Shown here: positions 39,865-49,219 of the stretch, piece after piece
Layout of the letters: each line of letters opens with the position of its first letter
Numbering within the stretch: the first letter of the stretch is position 1
Source of the DNA: Patescibacteria group bacterium
GTDB lineage: Bacteria; Patescibacteriota; Minisyncoccia; Phycocordibacterales; SIBU01
Direction of reading: 5' to 3'
Assembly: GCA_040390045.1 (NCBI GenBank)
Contig: JAZJZC010000001.1
Span: 108,005 to 172,004 of the forward strand
Length of the DNA stretch: 64,000 nt
Notes under the pieces: generated by a model
Databases searched by the model: none
Told to the model about the DNA's origin: nothing
Seen by the model: the letters and a program-made list of their open reading frames with translations, nothing else
Program-made: the position numbers and the translations under genes

Positions 39865-41433
39865 CTAGTACACGTCCTCCTGCTTCTCCTTCAAAAAGGA
39901 CACGAAGGCGTCTGAAAATTGGAGCAGAAGTTTGAACGGTGTTTCGATAATAAAATCGAGAACGAAGGCGAATAAATTGATTGAAGAAAATTTTCGAGAA
40001 AGCCACTTGCCGGCTTGGACAATTGGGAGGGCGAAGAGATTAAACATCATAGTGACAATGCGATCTTCCTCAACAGACACTTTCCATTTGTTGGCGCTAT
40101 GGCGAATTCGCAGGGCAAAATAACTAACGAGGGTTAAGAATGAGAGAAACAATAAAATACTCACAATGCTCCAATTAAATTTATTGAGCACAAAGACAAT
40201 GAAACCGAATACGATCAAAAACAAAACCGCGTACATCATGAGGAAGAATGAATAAATCACACCGACGCCTTTGTCTCTCACTTTTATGATTTTAATATTT
40301 TCGCCCGCGATAACATCCCCCACCCCGTGGATTATGGCGCTGGTATTTTTATCTCCCAACGGACGAACAGAAATAGTCATGAACAACAAAAGGGCTGGGT
40401 GGAAAAGAACGTTTGTGGCAATCGGGGCGTACTCGATTCCATGTTCAAAATACCATTGGTACGGCAACTCGATAGCCAGAGCTAAAAGAATTTTGGTAGT
40501 TAAAATAAAAAACACCGCGCGCACTGCGCTCGCGCGCGCTTTCTTGTATTGTTTTAAATAATTTTTTTCCAAAAATTCCCGACTAAAGTGAGCTAACGTT
40601 GCACTATCAATAAACACTCTTTCGGATTCTGCCCCGTAAGCTCTGACCACTTCACGAATGACAGAAAAATAAATGGCGTAATTATTTAATCTAGGCAAAA
40701 GTTTGAAACTGAGCGGATGTTTTAAAGACGCGTGAATGCTGTGCCAAATGGCTGGACAATTTTCCGCAATGTTTTTAATGGCAACATCACTTTCAAGATT
40801 TGGCCATTCTGGAGGAAGGTATCGCAACCAAAATTTATAAAACAAGGTTTCGTCGTCAACGTGGAGTAATCCTCGATAACAGGCAATGGCAACCTGAGAT
40901 TCCAATTCTTCTTCGGAAACTGAGGATCCAACCTTGATAGAATCTTTCACCGTGTCAAAAAAAGCGTCGGCTACAAAATCATCTTCGTTGTTGGGATAAA
41001 AAAAAGCTTCGATCTCACTCGCCATGAGACTGACAATTATTTTCTGGGATCGTGAGGGAGTAAAACTACTTCGTGGTAGAAAATTTTCAATTTTTTTGTA
41101 CTTCCGGATAATTTTTTCCACGTCAACCGCCACCATTTCAGGAATGGAGTTGTTCAACAAATATCGTCCGGCAATAAGTTCTTGGATTAGAGAAAGTCCA
41201 ATTCCCGTACCACCTTCAAAAATAACTTTTCTTTTTATAATTCTCTCGATAGCACTCCGGCGGATATGTCGTTCATCTTTGTAGTCCACCAAATAGCGGA
41301 GCTTTTCATAGGCAGCGCCAGCTTTTTCGGTCAGCTTGTGAACGTTTATCAGAGTGTCGTTTGGAGAATGGGGTATGATCCCCTTCTGAGTCTTCAGCTT
41401 CGTAATCAACGTCTCTATTGGCCTTGAAATCAT
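39865..41433 (-). CDS. conserved hypothetical membrane protein
   Basis: YEKLR..VDYK...RRSAIERI N-terminus, C-terminal TMs, DFIIETPFK. Confidence 0.75.
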   Translation of the reverse strand: MISRPIETLITKLKTQKGIIPHSPNDTLINVHKLTEKAGAAYEKLRYLVDYKDERHIRRSAIERIIKRKVIFEGGTGIGLSLIQELIAGRYLLNNSIPEMVAVDVEKIIRKYKKIENFLPRSSFTPSRSQKIIVSLMASEIEAFFYPNNEDDFVADAFFDTVKDSIKVGSSVSEEELESQVAIACYRGLLHVDDETLFYKFWLRYLPPEWPNLESDVAIKNIAENCPAIWHSIHASLKHPLSFKLLPRLNNYAIYFSVIREVVRAYGAESERVFIDSATLAHFSREFLEKNYLKQYKKARASAVRAVFFILTTKILLALAIELPYQWYFEHGIEYAPIATNVLFHPALLLFMTISVRPLGDKNTSAIIHGVGDVIAGENIKIIKVRDKGVGVIYSFFLMMYAVLFLIVFGFIVFVLNKFNWSIVSILLFLSFLTLVSYFALRIRHSANKWKVSVEEDRIVTMMFNLFALPIVQAGKWLSRKFSSINLFAFVLDFIIETPFKLLLQFSDAFVSFLKEKQEDVY

Positions 41434-41558
41434 CGGATTATTATGCCAGATTTTAAAGCAATTTGCTAATTGCAAATACGAAATACAAATTGGTACGAAT
41501 ATACAAATTACAGCATTTGTACTTTTGTATTGATTTGTATTTCGTATTTACCTTGAAA

Positions 41559-41786
41559 TTACAGTATTTTATCAACACTCACAATCTTATGCGGACTATG
41601 ATGCCCGCTCACAAGCCTGATCTGAACTCGCTTTTCACCAAATTCTTTTCTCATGAGATCTAAAACTTTACGATTGGCCTGATTTTGTAGCGCTTTCTCT
41701 TTCACAGAAATATCGTAGGAATCTATACCGGTTTTTTGTATGGACTCTTCCCGAGCGTCGGCAACTACGTGAAGCTTTATATACAT
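41559..41786 (-). CDS. DUF167/YggU family protein
   Basis: ISVKEKA..NQAN..V, LVSGHHS.HK. Confidence 0.8.
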   Translation of the reverse strand: MYIKLHVVADAREESIQKTGIDSYDISVKEKALQNQANRKVLDLMRKEFGEKRVQIRLVSGHHSPHKIVSVDKIL

Positions 41787-41846
41787 TTAGAAATTATTTC
41801 ACTTTTTCCTAAACTTTGCTATCATAACGAAGGTTTTAAAAAACCA

Positions 41847-42030
41847 ACATTCCCCGGCCCGCCCGTACCGACACGGCATGTTCGGGCAGGTGGCGCAGTG
41901 TGGCGTGAGCTTGGGGTGGGACCCAAGCGCAAGACCGGAGCGTGACGACGCGAGGAGGGCGAGCAGTAGCGAGTGTCGTGAGACTTCGCGGAATTCGCTA
42001 GCAAGCGAATATCCGTGATGAGCCTGTTAA
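41847..42030 (+). pseudogene. interrupted copy of the tRNA-Asn 5' half with hairpin insertions
   Basis: ACATTCCCCGG, TGGCGCAGTG, GTAGCG and GCCTGTTAA occur in tRNA order, separated by inserted segments. Confidence 0.55.
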
Positions 42031-42113
42031 ACGGTTAAAAAATTCATCTATTTTAAACCTTTCTTCTGTTTACGAAATTTTTGCAAACAGATTGAGTTTT
42101 AAAACTCAGACAT

Positions 42114-42188
42114 TCCCCGGTGGCGCAGTGGTAGCGCAGTCGCCTGTTAAGCGATTGGTCGTAGGTTCGAATCCTACCCGGGGAGCCA
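42114..42188 (+). tRNA. tRNA-Asn(GTT)
   Basis: Acceptor TCCCCGG/CCGGGGA, anticodon loop CTGTTAA, T-loop GGTTCGAATCC, encoded CCA. Confidence 0.96.
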
Positions 42189-43685
42189 AATAGGACTGTC
42201 AGCTAGTTCTAGGACTAGATTGAACGGAGAACGCAAGGTAAACCCTAGCGTTTTTTCGTTTACAGTCGGGTTCTGAAGTATGAAGTTAAGAAAGGCCCTT
42301 TGCTCGGCTGTTTCAGAACCCTCGAAGATTTGTCTTGCACGGCGGGCAACAGAAAGGACAGTGGCCACAGTAGTCTGATACTCGTAGTCGGCTTTTGTAT
42401 GTTCCTCTAGTTCGATGTTAAGAAGCTGCAACTTGTCCGCATACTCTTGATGCTTTCTGTCATAGGTTTCCTTAGTAATACTCTGGTCAAGGAAGGCCTC
42501 TAGTAATCTGTCATCCTTCATTTTGATTTGCTCGTACTCACTGCGGATGCGCTTAATCTGGGCCTTATGAAAGACAATTTCGGTTTCGGTGCTCTTCCGC
42601 AGTTCATCCACCAGCTCGCTCTGTACCTCGTCTGTAATGCCCTCAAACCGCTCCAGTACCTCGTATACAGGCTTGAGCAAGTCCTTTTCAGGTACATACA
42701 CTCTCTTGCAGATACCCTTAGCGTTGGTACAGGAATAATAGGTAAAAGTCAGCCCGCTTTTCTTGGTCTTGGTTTCGCCGCTCATAGAGCAACCACAGTT
42801 TTGACACTTCAGCAGACCCTTAAATATAAAATCTTTGGAGCGACCCATATAAGGCGACACTCGACGCTTCAAACGTATTTCTTGGCACTTATCAAAGAGT
42901 TCTTTATCAACCAAGCGCGGATATTTATGAGGATAGGAACCATACTTTTTCGACATAGCGATGCCACAATAAAAAGTATCCTTGAGGATATTTTCAACAC
43001 CACTCTTCGAGAGTTTGTTACCCTTGAGCGTTCGTAAACCAAGCTCGGTCATTTTGATACGGATAGTTTCAAGCGAGTGGTTTCCTGTCGCGTATAGCTC
43101 AAACATCTTTTGAATGAGATGTCCTCTTTCGGGGTCTATAATTATGTCCTTTCGTAATCTTTTTTCTACATCCAAAGACACATTCAAATAACCCAAACGA
43201 ACACTGCCCGTCCACTCACCACTTCTTCGTTTTTGTTCAAAAGCTCTTTTGACGTTGTCGCCGATTGCATCAGAGTAATACTTGGCCAAACCTAAGCTCA
43301 TACCAAATTGAAACTTCTCAACCGCAGACATCTGATTATTTATAACTTGCCCATCAGATACAAAGTGAAGCTCTATTTTGTCTGCTACCGCCATCTCGTA
43401 GAGGGTGCCAACCCTTTTATCAAAAACGCTTCTTGAAAGGCGGTCTACCTTATCAAAACAAACGGCAACTTTTTCTTTTTTCGCTACCTCTTCAACAGAC
43501 TCAACTAACTTATCAAACTCATCTCTCTTATCTTTGTACGCACTTTCGTCAAAGCTATACTTTTCTATAATCGTAAAGCCTTTCTTAGCACAATAATCGT
43601 TTATGCGCTTATCCTGCGCTGGCAAAGAATTGCCCGCTTCTTTTTGTTCCTCTGTTGATACTCGTGAGACGATTATTGCTTTCAT
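42174..43685 (-). CDS. large serine recombinase (resolvase, recombinase and Zn-ribbon domains)
   Basis: SRVSTEEQ, KVDRLSR, LKCQNCG, YYSC; stop codon lies inside the tRNA. Confidence 0.93.
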   Translation of the reverse strand: MKAIIVSRVSTEEQKEAGNSLPAQDKRINDYCAKKGFTIIEKYSFDESAYKDKRDEFDKLVESVEEVAKKEKVAVCFDKVDRLSRSVFDKRVGTLYEMAVADKIELHFVSDGQVINNQMSAVEKFQFGMSLGLAKYYSDAIGDNVKRAFEQKRRSGEWTGSVRLGYLNVSLDVEKRLRKDIIIDPERGHLIQKMFELYATGNHSLETIRIKMTELGLRTLKGNKLSKSGVENILKDTFYCGIAMSKKYGSYPHKYPRLVDKELFDKCQEIRLKRRVSPYMGRSKDFIFKGLLKCQNCGCSMSGETKTKKSGLTFTYYSCTNAKGICKRVYVPEKDLLKPVYEVLERFEGITDEVQSELVDELRKSTETEIVFHKAQIKRIRSEYEQIKMKDDRLLEAFLDQSITKETYDRKHQEYADKLQLLNIELEEHTKADYEYQTTVATVLSVARRARQIFEGSETAEQRAFLNFILQNPTVNEKTLGFTLRSPFNLVLELADSPIWLPG

Positions 43686-43686
43686 A

Positions 43687-44454
43687 TTATTCTTTCGCTT
43701 TTGAGACGTAGTCTACAATTTTATCCCAATCCAACTGGTCTTTTGTGTAGAACAGCTCAATTAAATCTTTCGTCATTTCGTTGATTTTCTTTACGTAGGT
43801 TTCTTTGAAAGTATCGTCTCGTTTCTTCACTTCCTTATCGAGCGGCTTAATCAAGTTTCGATAAAGGTCTTTATCACCAGAAATTAATTCCCAAAAGTTT
43901 TGCCCGCAGAGTTTGGTGTAGTCAAGCTCACTATCTACCTTATGCTTTTTAAGAGGCACGTTATCTTTCCCATAAATACACCCGTTCACACAAACCATTT
44001 CTTGGGTCTTGCCTTCTTCGCGTAGGATACGCCGCGCTTCCTTAAGATTGCTTCTCATACCACTAATCTGGTCAGCGTTTCCCCAATTTGGGCCTGATTT
44101 TATGCCAACAATGTAGAGTTTGTTATCTCTTTCAAAGATTAAGTCCACACTCTTAAACTTATTCTCTTCAGCTTTTAGGCCCTTAAAAACAGTATGATTG
44201 ATATTGATAGCCAGATTCTCTAGCAGGTCTCCAAAAATTGTTTCCTCTTGTGAGGATAGAAACGCGTTTAATATATCGTTTACTAAGTCGCCAGCCGTTT
44301 GTATATTCTTGGCCTTAAATAGGTAGGGATTTTTTCTACGCATCACATCCTTAAGTTTTATGCTCTTCAGCTTCTCTATGCGTTTATCATAGAAAGGTTG
44401 AATCACATCTGATGCTACAAACTTATCCAATTCTTCGTAATTAATTTTTTTCAT
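43687..44454 (-). CDS. type II restriction endonuclease (PmeII-like)
   Basis: RKNPYLF, SSQEETIFG, VDL...IKSGPNWGN; adjacent to a methyltransferase. Confidence 0.75.
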   Translation of the reverse strand: MKKINYEELDKFVASDVIQPFYDKRIEKLKSIKLKDVMRRKNPYLFKAKNIQTAGDLVNDILNAFLSSQEETIFGDLLENLAININHTVFKGLKAEENKFKSVDLIFERDNKLYIVGIKSGPNWGNADQISGMRSNLKEARRILREEGKTQEMVCVNGCIYGKDNVPLKKHKVDSELDYTKLCGQNFWELISGDKDLYRNLIKPLDKEVKKRDDTFKETYVKKINEMTKDLIELFYTKDQLDWDKIVDYVSKAKE

Positions 44455-44455
44455 A

Positions 44456-45316
44456 TTATTTTTGTGATTCTTGAAAGTTAGTAATTGATAATTCGTAGTA
44501 TTCAGGGAGTATCTCTATACCGATGGAACTTCGCCCTAATTGACCAGCAACAAGAGAGGTAGTGCCAGACCCTAAAAATGGGTCAAGCACGGTATCACCT
44601 GGTTTAGTAAAAAGTTTAATAAACCATTCGGGCAAGGATGCAGGAAAAGCCGCGCTATGGTTTTTATTTCCGCTTTCTGTCGCCATACTTACAACATTAG
44701 TCGGGTATGCCATATCCCGTCCGACCCAACTAGATACATTTTTTCCAAACCCGCTTCCGACTTTTGAATTATCTCTTCGCTTGTCAGTCTCACTTAAGTT
44801 TTTTAAGCGAGTTTTAGCCCAATCTCCCATTGGAACCATAACTTCATCTTGGTACATATTAAAGCTCTTATCCTTATTGAACTGCAACAATCGCTCCCAA
44901 GCATCTCGAAACCTGTTCGGCCATTTACCAGGGAAGCAGTTTTTCTTATGCCAGATAAACTCTTCAGTCCAAAGCCAGCCGTGCTTTCTCATTTCGATAA
45001 TTAACTCCATTACATACGTATGGCGCTCTCCGTTTGAAACCTTTTCTTTTATATTCAAAATAAACGTACCGTCTTTTTTAAGTACCCTCAATAACTCTTT
45101 TGATATTGGAGTAAACCACTCTACATATTTCTCTGGCTTTATACCGCCGTAAGTCTTGGCTCTCTGGTCTGCATAGGGAGGAGAAGTGACAATCAAGTCC
45201 ACTGAATTATCTGGCAATTCTTTGAGTGCCTCGACACAATCACCATTAATAAATCTTGCCTCAACAGATTTATCATTCGCAAAAAGCGTATTTGATTTTA
45301 TTACTTTTGCTTTCAT
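44456..45316 (-). CDS. N4/N6 DNA methyltransferase (beta class)
   Basis: VTSPPY precedes VLDPFLGSGTT; HSAAFP. Confidence 0.92.
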   Translation of the reverse strand: MKAKVIKSNTLFANDKSVEARFINGDCVEALKELPDNSVDLIVTSPPYADQRAKTYGGIKPEKYVEWFTPISKELLRVLKKDGTFILNIKEKVSNGERHTYVMELIIEMRKHGWLWTEEFIWHKKNCFPGKWPNRFRDAWERLLQFNKDKSFNMYQDEVMVPMGDWAKTRLKNLSETDKRRDNSKVGSGFGKNVSSWVGRDMAYPTNVVSMATESGNKNHSAAFPASLPEWFIKLFTKPGDTVLDPFLGSGTTSLVAGQLGRSSIGIEILPEYYELSITNFQESQK

Positions 45317-45498
45317 ATCTTTTTGCATTTCTTAAGAAAGGAATTGAACTCCTCTTTATCAATACGAAACTCTTTGCCAATCTTGTAGGCTTGTAACCGA
45401 CCTGCTTTTATATAGCGGTAAATTGTCATAATGTTTACCTCTAGTATCGTTGCCAGGTCTTCCGCTTTATAAAATGGTTTGTCTTTTTTTGTGTCCAT
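45313..45498 (-). CDS. excisionase-family HTH_17 protein
   Basis: YKAEDLATILEVNIMTIYRYIKAGRLQAYKIGKEFRI. Confidence 0.85.
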   Translation of the reverse strand: MDTKKDKPFYKAEDLATILEVNIMTIYRYIKAGRLQAYKIGKEFRIDKEEFNSFLKKCKKI

Positions 45499-45535
45499 AA
45501 TTACCTAATTATTATACTTTACTTTGCTTTACATA

Positions 45536-46638
45536 TCAATTTGGCACCTGTGGATAATCCCCATACTTATACGTCTTAAACTCATTAAGCTTAGTGTCTA
45601 TTTGCATAACCCAATTCCTAATTCCATTCTTAGTAACAAACTCGCTAACCAGCTTTAAGTCATTGGCAATTCGGTACCAGGTTCGCTCTCCTGATTTTTT
45701 AGAGACTACCGAACGCAGCTCTCTTACTCCATCTTTCGCAAGAAGTAATAATCCTGCGAGATAGATTGCTTGCTTTGGCTTTATATTTTTCTGTTCCATA
45801 AAAATGCTTTGCAAAATATCTTTGTTACTTATGGAAATGGATAGTAGAGCACTGTTTCCTTCTTTGATAACTGCTTGCCAATAATGCGTCACTACCGCCT
45901 TACTCAATTTTGAGCTAAAGACATCTTGGAAAGTTGGATTTTGAGAATAGCCTAACTTCTTAAGTACGCTGTTCATTTTCTGTTTACGAACTAGCCGAAC
46001 TTCAAAACGGATTATTTCTGGCAACCTCTTAACACCTGAAAGGATGCTTCTCTGGTAATAGGTCTGGTCTCTATCAATAGCTCTTTTCTCGCTGGCGAGT
46101 ATGTCTGCGACCTTGTCATAGATAATGAACTCGTGAGATGCGGTATGCGCATACAAGCTTTGGCCGTCATTGGTATAGCGTGAGCGGGTAAAATCAAAAC
46201 CTTTCTAAGATTTACTTTATTTATTTCACTGATTAAATAATTTGTCGTATAGCCATCTTCTAGGTGGATATTCTTTGAGAAGTGCACTGAACTTACTACT
46301 GCATTTTTGATACTCTCTTCGGAGACAATGAGTCCCATTGTTTTAAGACGTTCTTGTAATGTACTGACTGCTTTAGGAAAATCAGCATCTTCTAATTCGT
46401 CCAGGTTATTAAGAAAGAGAAGTTTGGAAACTGAAAACTCTATCCTTACGTTTGCGTTCTGCTTAAACCACTTGCCGTAACTTGTAAGCCGTGGAAAGTA
46501 GTAGCCAGTTTTCAAATCGCTTTTAGAGGGATTCTTTATGTACCTAGAATAGCGCTCGGTTCGTGATTGTAAGTCCCAATCATCCGCGATATTTTGTATC
46601 TCGCTCCAGGGAATTGAAAGGCAGATAGAATCAATCAT
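45536..46638 (-). pseudogene. phage/plasmid replication initiation-like protein split by a 1-nt frameshift near 46200
   Basis: MIDSI, IEFSVSKLL, IIYDK and IRFEVRL motifs lie in two overlapping frames. Confidence 0.65.
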
Positions 46639-46789
46639 TTTTCTCTCGTTGCTTCTTATAAAGATGCGGATTTATTCGTTTATCAACTTTTATGAGCAGC
46701 GCAAAAAAGCCGACAAGGTTGCGCTTGTCTTCAGGCGTTAATTTCTCCTGATTCTTTTTTAATTTTTCTTGCTTTTGTACGCTCAACAT
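46631..46789 (-). CDS. small 52-aa protein overlapping the start of the rep gene
   Basis: Translated by hand as MLSVQ...RNLVGFFALLIKVDKRINPHLY...; ATGATTGA overlap with the rep start. Confidence 0.55.
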   Translation of the reverse strand: MLSVQKQEKLKKNQEKLTPEDKRNLVGFFALLIKVDKRINPHLYKKQREKND

Positions 46790-47231
46790 AAAAGCCCGCT
46801 CTTGGCTTGGCAGGTTTCCATTGGCGTGGCGACCCGCGAAGCCAAGAAAGGGCTTGCGTACATTTTGCCAATGAAATTACCGCCGTTATTTAAGAACGGA
46901 CTTTTGTTTGATAAACAAAAAATTGCCCGTACAATCGCTATCCTCTACTGGGCAGTTGGCAGATATTTCTGCGCTACTTCAGCAATTCGGATACGATTAT
47001 ATTGGGCAATTACGGTTGAGATGGTAGGCGCGGTTTTCTCTCCGCGGCTATGTAATTGATTACTTTAAGTGTAGCGAGACGAAACGGGCGCGTCAATAAA
47101 AAGCGCTGTTATACAGTGACCAAGCGCGCCATACTCTGTTATCCAGGATTAAAGTCGGTTATCCACAGAAAGAAAAAACCAGGCCCAAAAAATTGCTATC
47201 ACTGACAGAAATCGCTACAATTCACTTGACA

Positions 47232-48650
47232 ATGATTTACAAAGAAGAAATCGAAGCAAAAGCAAAAGAGTTTGAAATCCATCCCTCGAATGTCGAAAGG
47301 GACTATGTTTTTGGATGGCTGCTTTTTGGCATCTTCACCGCGAGTGGACTGAAGGATAGAATCTTTCTCAAGGGCGGAAATGCCCTCCGAAAAGGCTACT
47401 TTGAGAATACTCGCTTTTCGAGCGACTTGGATTTTGGAATACCTGACGACATAAGCCAGGAAGAATTGCTGTCCGAAATAAATAAAGTCTGCGAGCTTGC
47501 TCAAGAGAAGTCGGGAGTGGTCTTTGTCAAAGATGACAACAAAGTTGAAGAAAAGTTTACCGCCAGTGAAGCGCCACTGCCTGACCTAAAGGTCTATGAG
47601 GTGCGGGTTTACTTCAAAGGTTTTAATGGAGAGTCCGACCATATAAAAATAAGAATCTCAATGGACGTCACGCGTTTCGATAAAGTTCTTCTACCTCTTC
47701 AGACTGTGAAGTTGATACATCCTTATTCAGATGCGGCAGACTTAGTTTGTGACATTCAGTGTATGAAGCTCGAAGAGATTATCGCTACAAAACTGAAATG
47801 CCTTATACAACGACAGCACGCGCCTGACCTTTTTGACTACGCTCACTCCATCAAACTTTTAGGCGGTACTTTGAACAAGGAAGAGGTGGTGGAGACCCTC
47901 GTCAAGAAAACAATTTTCAATCGTAACCCTTTCATCCTCAAAGGCATTTTGAACGGCACAGCGTTTACCTATTTCAGAACAGAGTGGGCTAAATCCGTTA
48001 TCTGCGCGAAACAACTTGCTATGAATGTTGAGGATGCCATCGCGGCTTTCATTGCCGACCTCGATATTCTTTTTGCGAACTACACCGATAACGGATTTGC
48101 TCAATTCGTCTACTTCAGTCCTGAAGTGCGAGCAAAGATTATGCACGCGGGGCGCACGCAGACGCTAATGAAAGTTCGGTATAAGGGCTATGACAGAATC
48201 ATTGAACCGTATTCTCTAAAATATCTTGAAAAGAAAAGTGGTGAGGCCCGTGAGTATTTCTATCTTTATAATTGTAGTGGTGGCGAGAGCAAACCAGATA
48301 CTCGTTGCTTTCTTCCTGAACGTATTGAGTCCATCGAAAACACCGAAGAGAAGTTTACGCCTCGGTTTCAAATTGAATTGTCAAAAGCAGGAGAGTTACC
48401 AGAAAATCGCTATCTCTTTGACCCAAACAGACCTACTCCTGCTCCACGGCCGCGTGTTTCGAGAAGTACCAGTCCAAGAGCGCCGCGTGCGCGCGGTTTT
48501 TCTAGTGGAATAAAGTACATATATAAATGCACTTCTTGCGGCAAGACATCCACGAAAACTACGATGGATGGAAATCTGCGTGCTCATAAGGCCCCTGGTG
48601 GTTATGCTTGTGGCGGCAGATTTGGTTATTACGTTCGGACAAAGTACTAA
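47232..48650 (+). CDS. AbiEii-family nucleotidyltransferase fused to a WYL-like domain and a C-terminal Zn finger
   Basis: VERDY, FLKGGNAL, RFSSDLDF; RIIEPYSL..RCFLPERIESI; CTSC..H..C. Confidence 0.8.
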   Translation: MIYKEEIEAKAKEFEIHPSNVERDYVFGWLLFGIFTASGLKDRIFLKGGNALRKGYFENTRFSSDLDFGIPDDISQEELLSEINKVCELAQEKSGVVFVKDDNKVEEKFTASEAPLPDLKVYEVRVYFKGFNGESDHIKIRISMDVTRFDKVLLPLQTVKLIHPYSDAADLVCDIQCMKLEEIIATKLKCLIQRQHAPDLFDYAHSIKLLGGTLNKEEVVETLVKKTIFNRNPFILKGILNGTAFTYFRTEWAKSVICAKQLAMNVEDAIAAFIADLDILFANYTDNGFAQFVYFSPEVRAKIMHAGRTQTLMKVRYKGYDRIIEPYSLKYLEKKSGEAREYFYLYNCSGGESKPDTRCFLPERIESIENTEEKFTPRFQIELSKAGELPENRYLFDPNRPTPAPRPRVSRSTSPRAPRARGFSSGIKYIYKCTSCGKTSTKTTMDGNLRAHKAPGGYACGGRFGYYVRTKY

Positions 48651-49012
48651 AAAGTTTTCCCTCAAAAAAGCTCAACTGGGTTAGGGTGTCCCCCCAGCGC
48701 GAAAAAAGTCGAAACGGAAAATACCCACTACCCGAAAAGGCAAAACGAAGAGGGTTACACCCCTTTGGTATAACTCTGCATAACCTTGTTATGCTCTGTT
48801 ATACCGTGCGTAAGTAGCATAGCCAGATACTACCTGTGCTATGGCGGGTTAAAGTATCCGACAGGCATAGCACACCCTCACTTTACCCACACCCCGAAAA
48901 TACTTCGTATAGAACGCTACGTACTGGTCTATGCAAAGGATAGAATACCGCTAAACTGAAGTTCACTCTTGATACTTGCCCAGTTGAGAGTTCTGAACCT
49001 GTCCACGAGTGG

Positions 49013-49050
49013 GAGCAAAACAAACGCCGAAAGGCGTTTTTGTTTTGCTC
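49013..49050 (+). terminator. hairpin at the right boundary of the element, probably the original tRNA terminator
   Basis: GAGCAAAACAAACGCC GAAA GGCGTTTTTGTTTTGCTC. Confidence 0.65.
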
Positions 49051-49219
49051 ACCGGAGGAAGCGCAAATCGCTTCCGTGTAGGATTCGAAAACCTTCTCCC
49101 GTATCCGCCGCGGCGGATGGGAAAGGTGTACCGTCTACAGGTGTCTATCACAAACGATAGACCTGACCCTGTAAGGTTCGAAATTCCTACCCACAACCTC
49201 TTTATGCTACAATTTTTAA

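Larger units (their letters stand above)
42181..49016. mobile_element. integrative element in tRNA-Asn, bounded by a GGGAGC direct repeat (42181-42186 and 49011-49016)
   Basis: Serine recombinase reads into the tRNA; HTH, Rep, R-M and toxin cargo; the recombinase frame resumes at the right end. Confidence 0.8.

Noticed and set aside
47108-47167. Chromosomal oriC from DnaA-like boxes
   Set aside because: Only one perfect box here, inside a mobile element, with no dnaA or dnaN nearby.
49171-49192. attR at the degenerate T-arm copy
   Set aside because: It has indels relative to the tRNA. GGGAGC at 49011 fits better because it restores the recombinase frame, gives a symmetric attP and is followed by a terminator.
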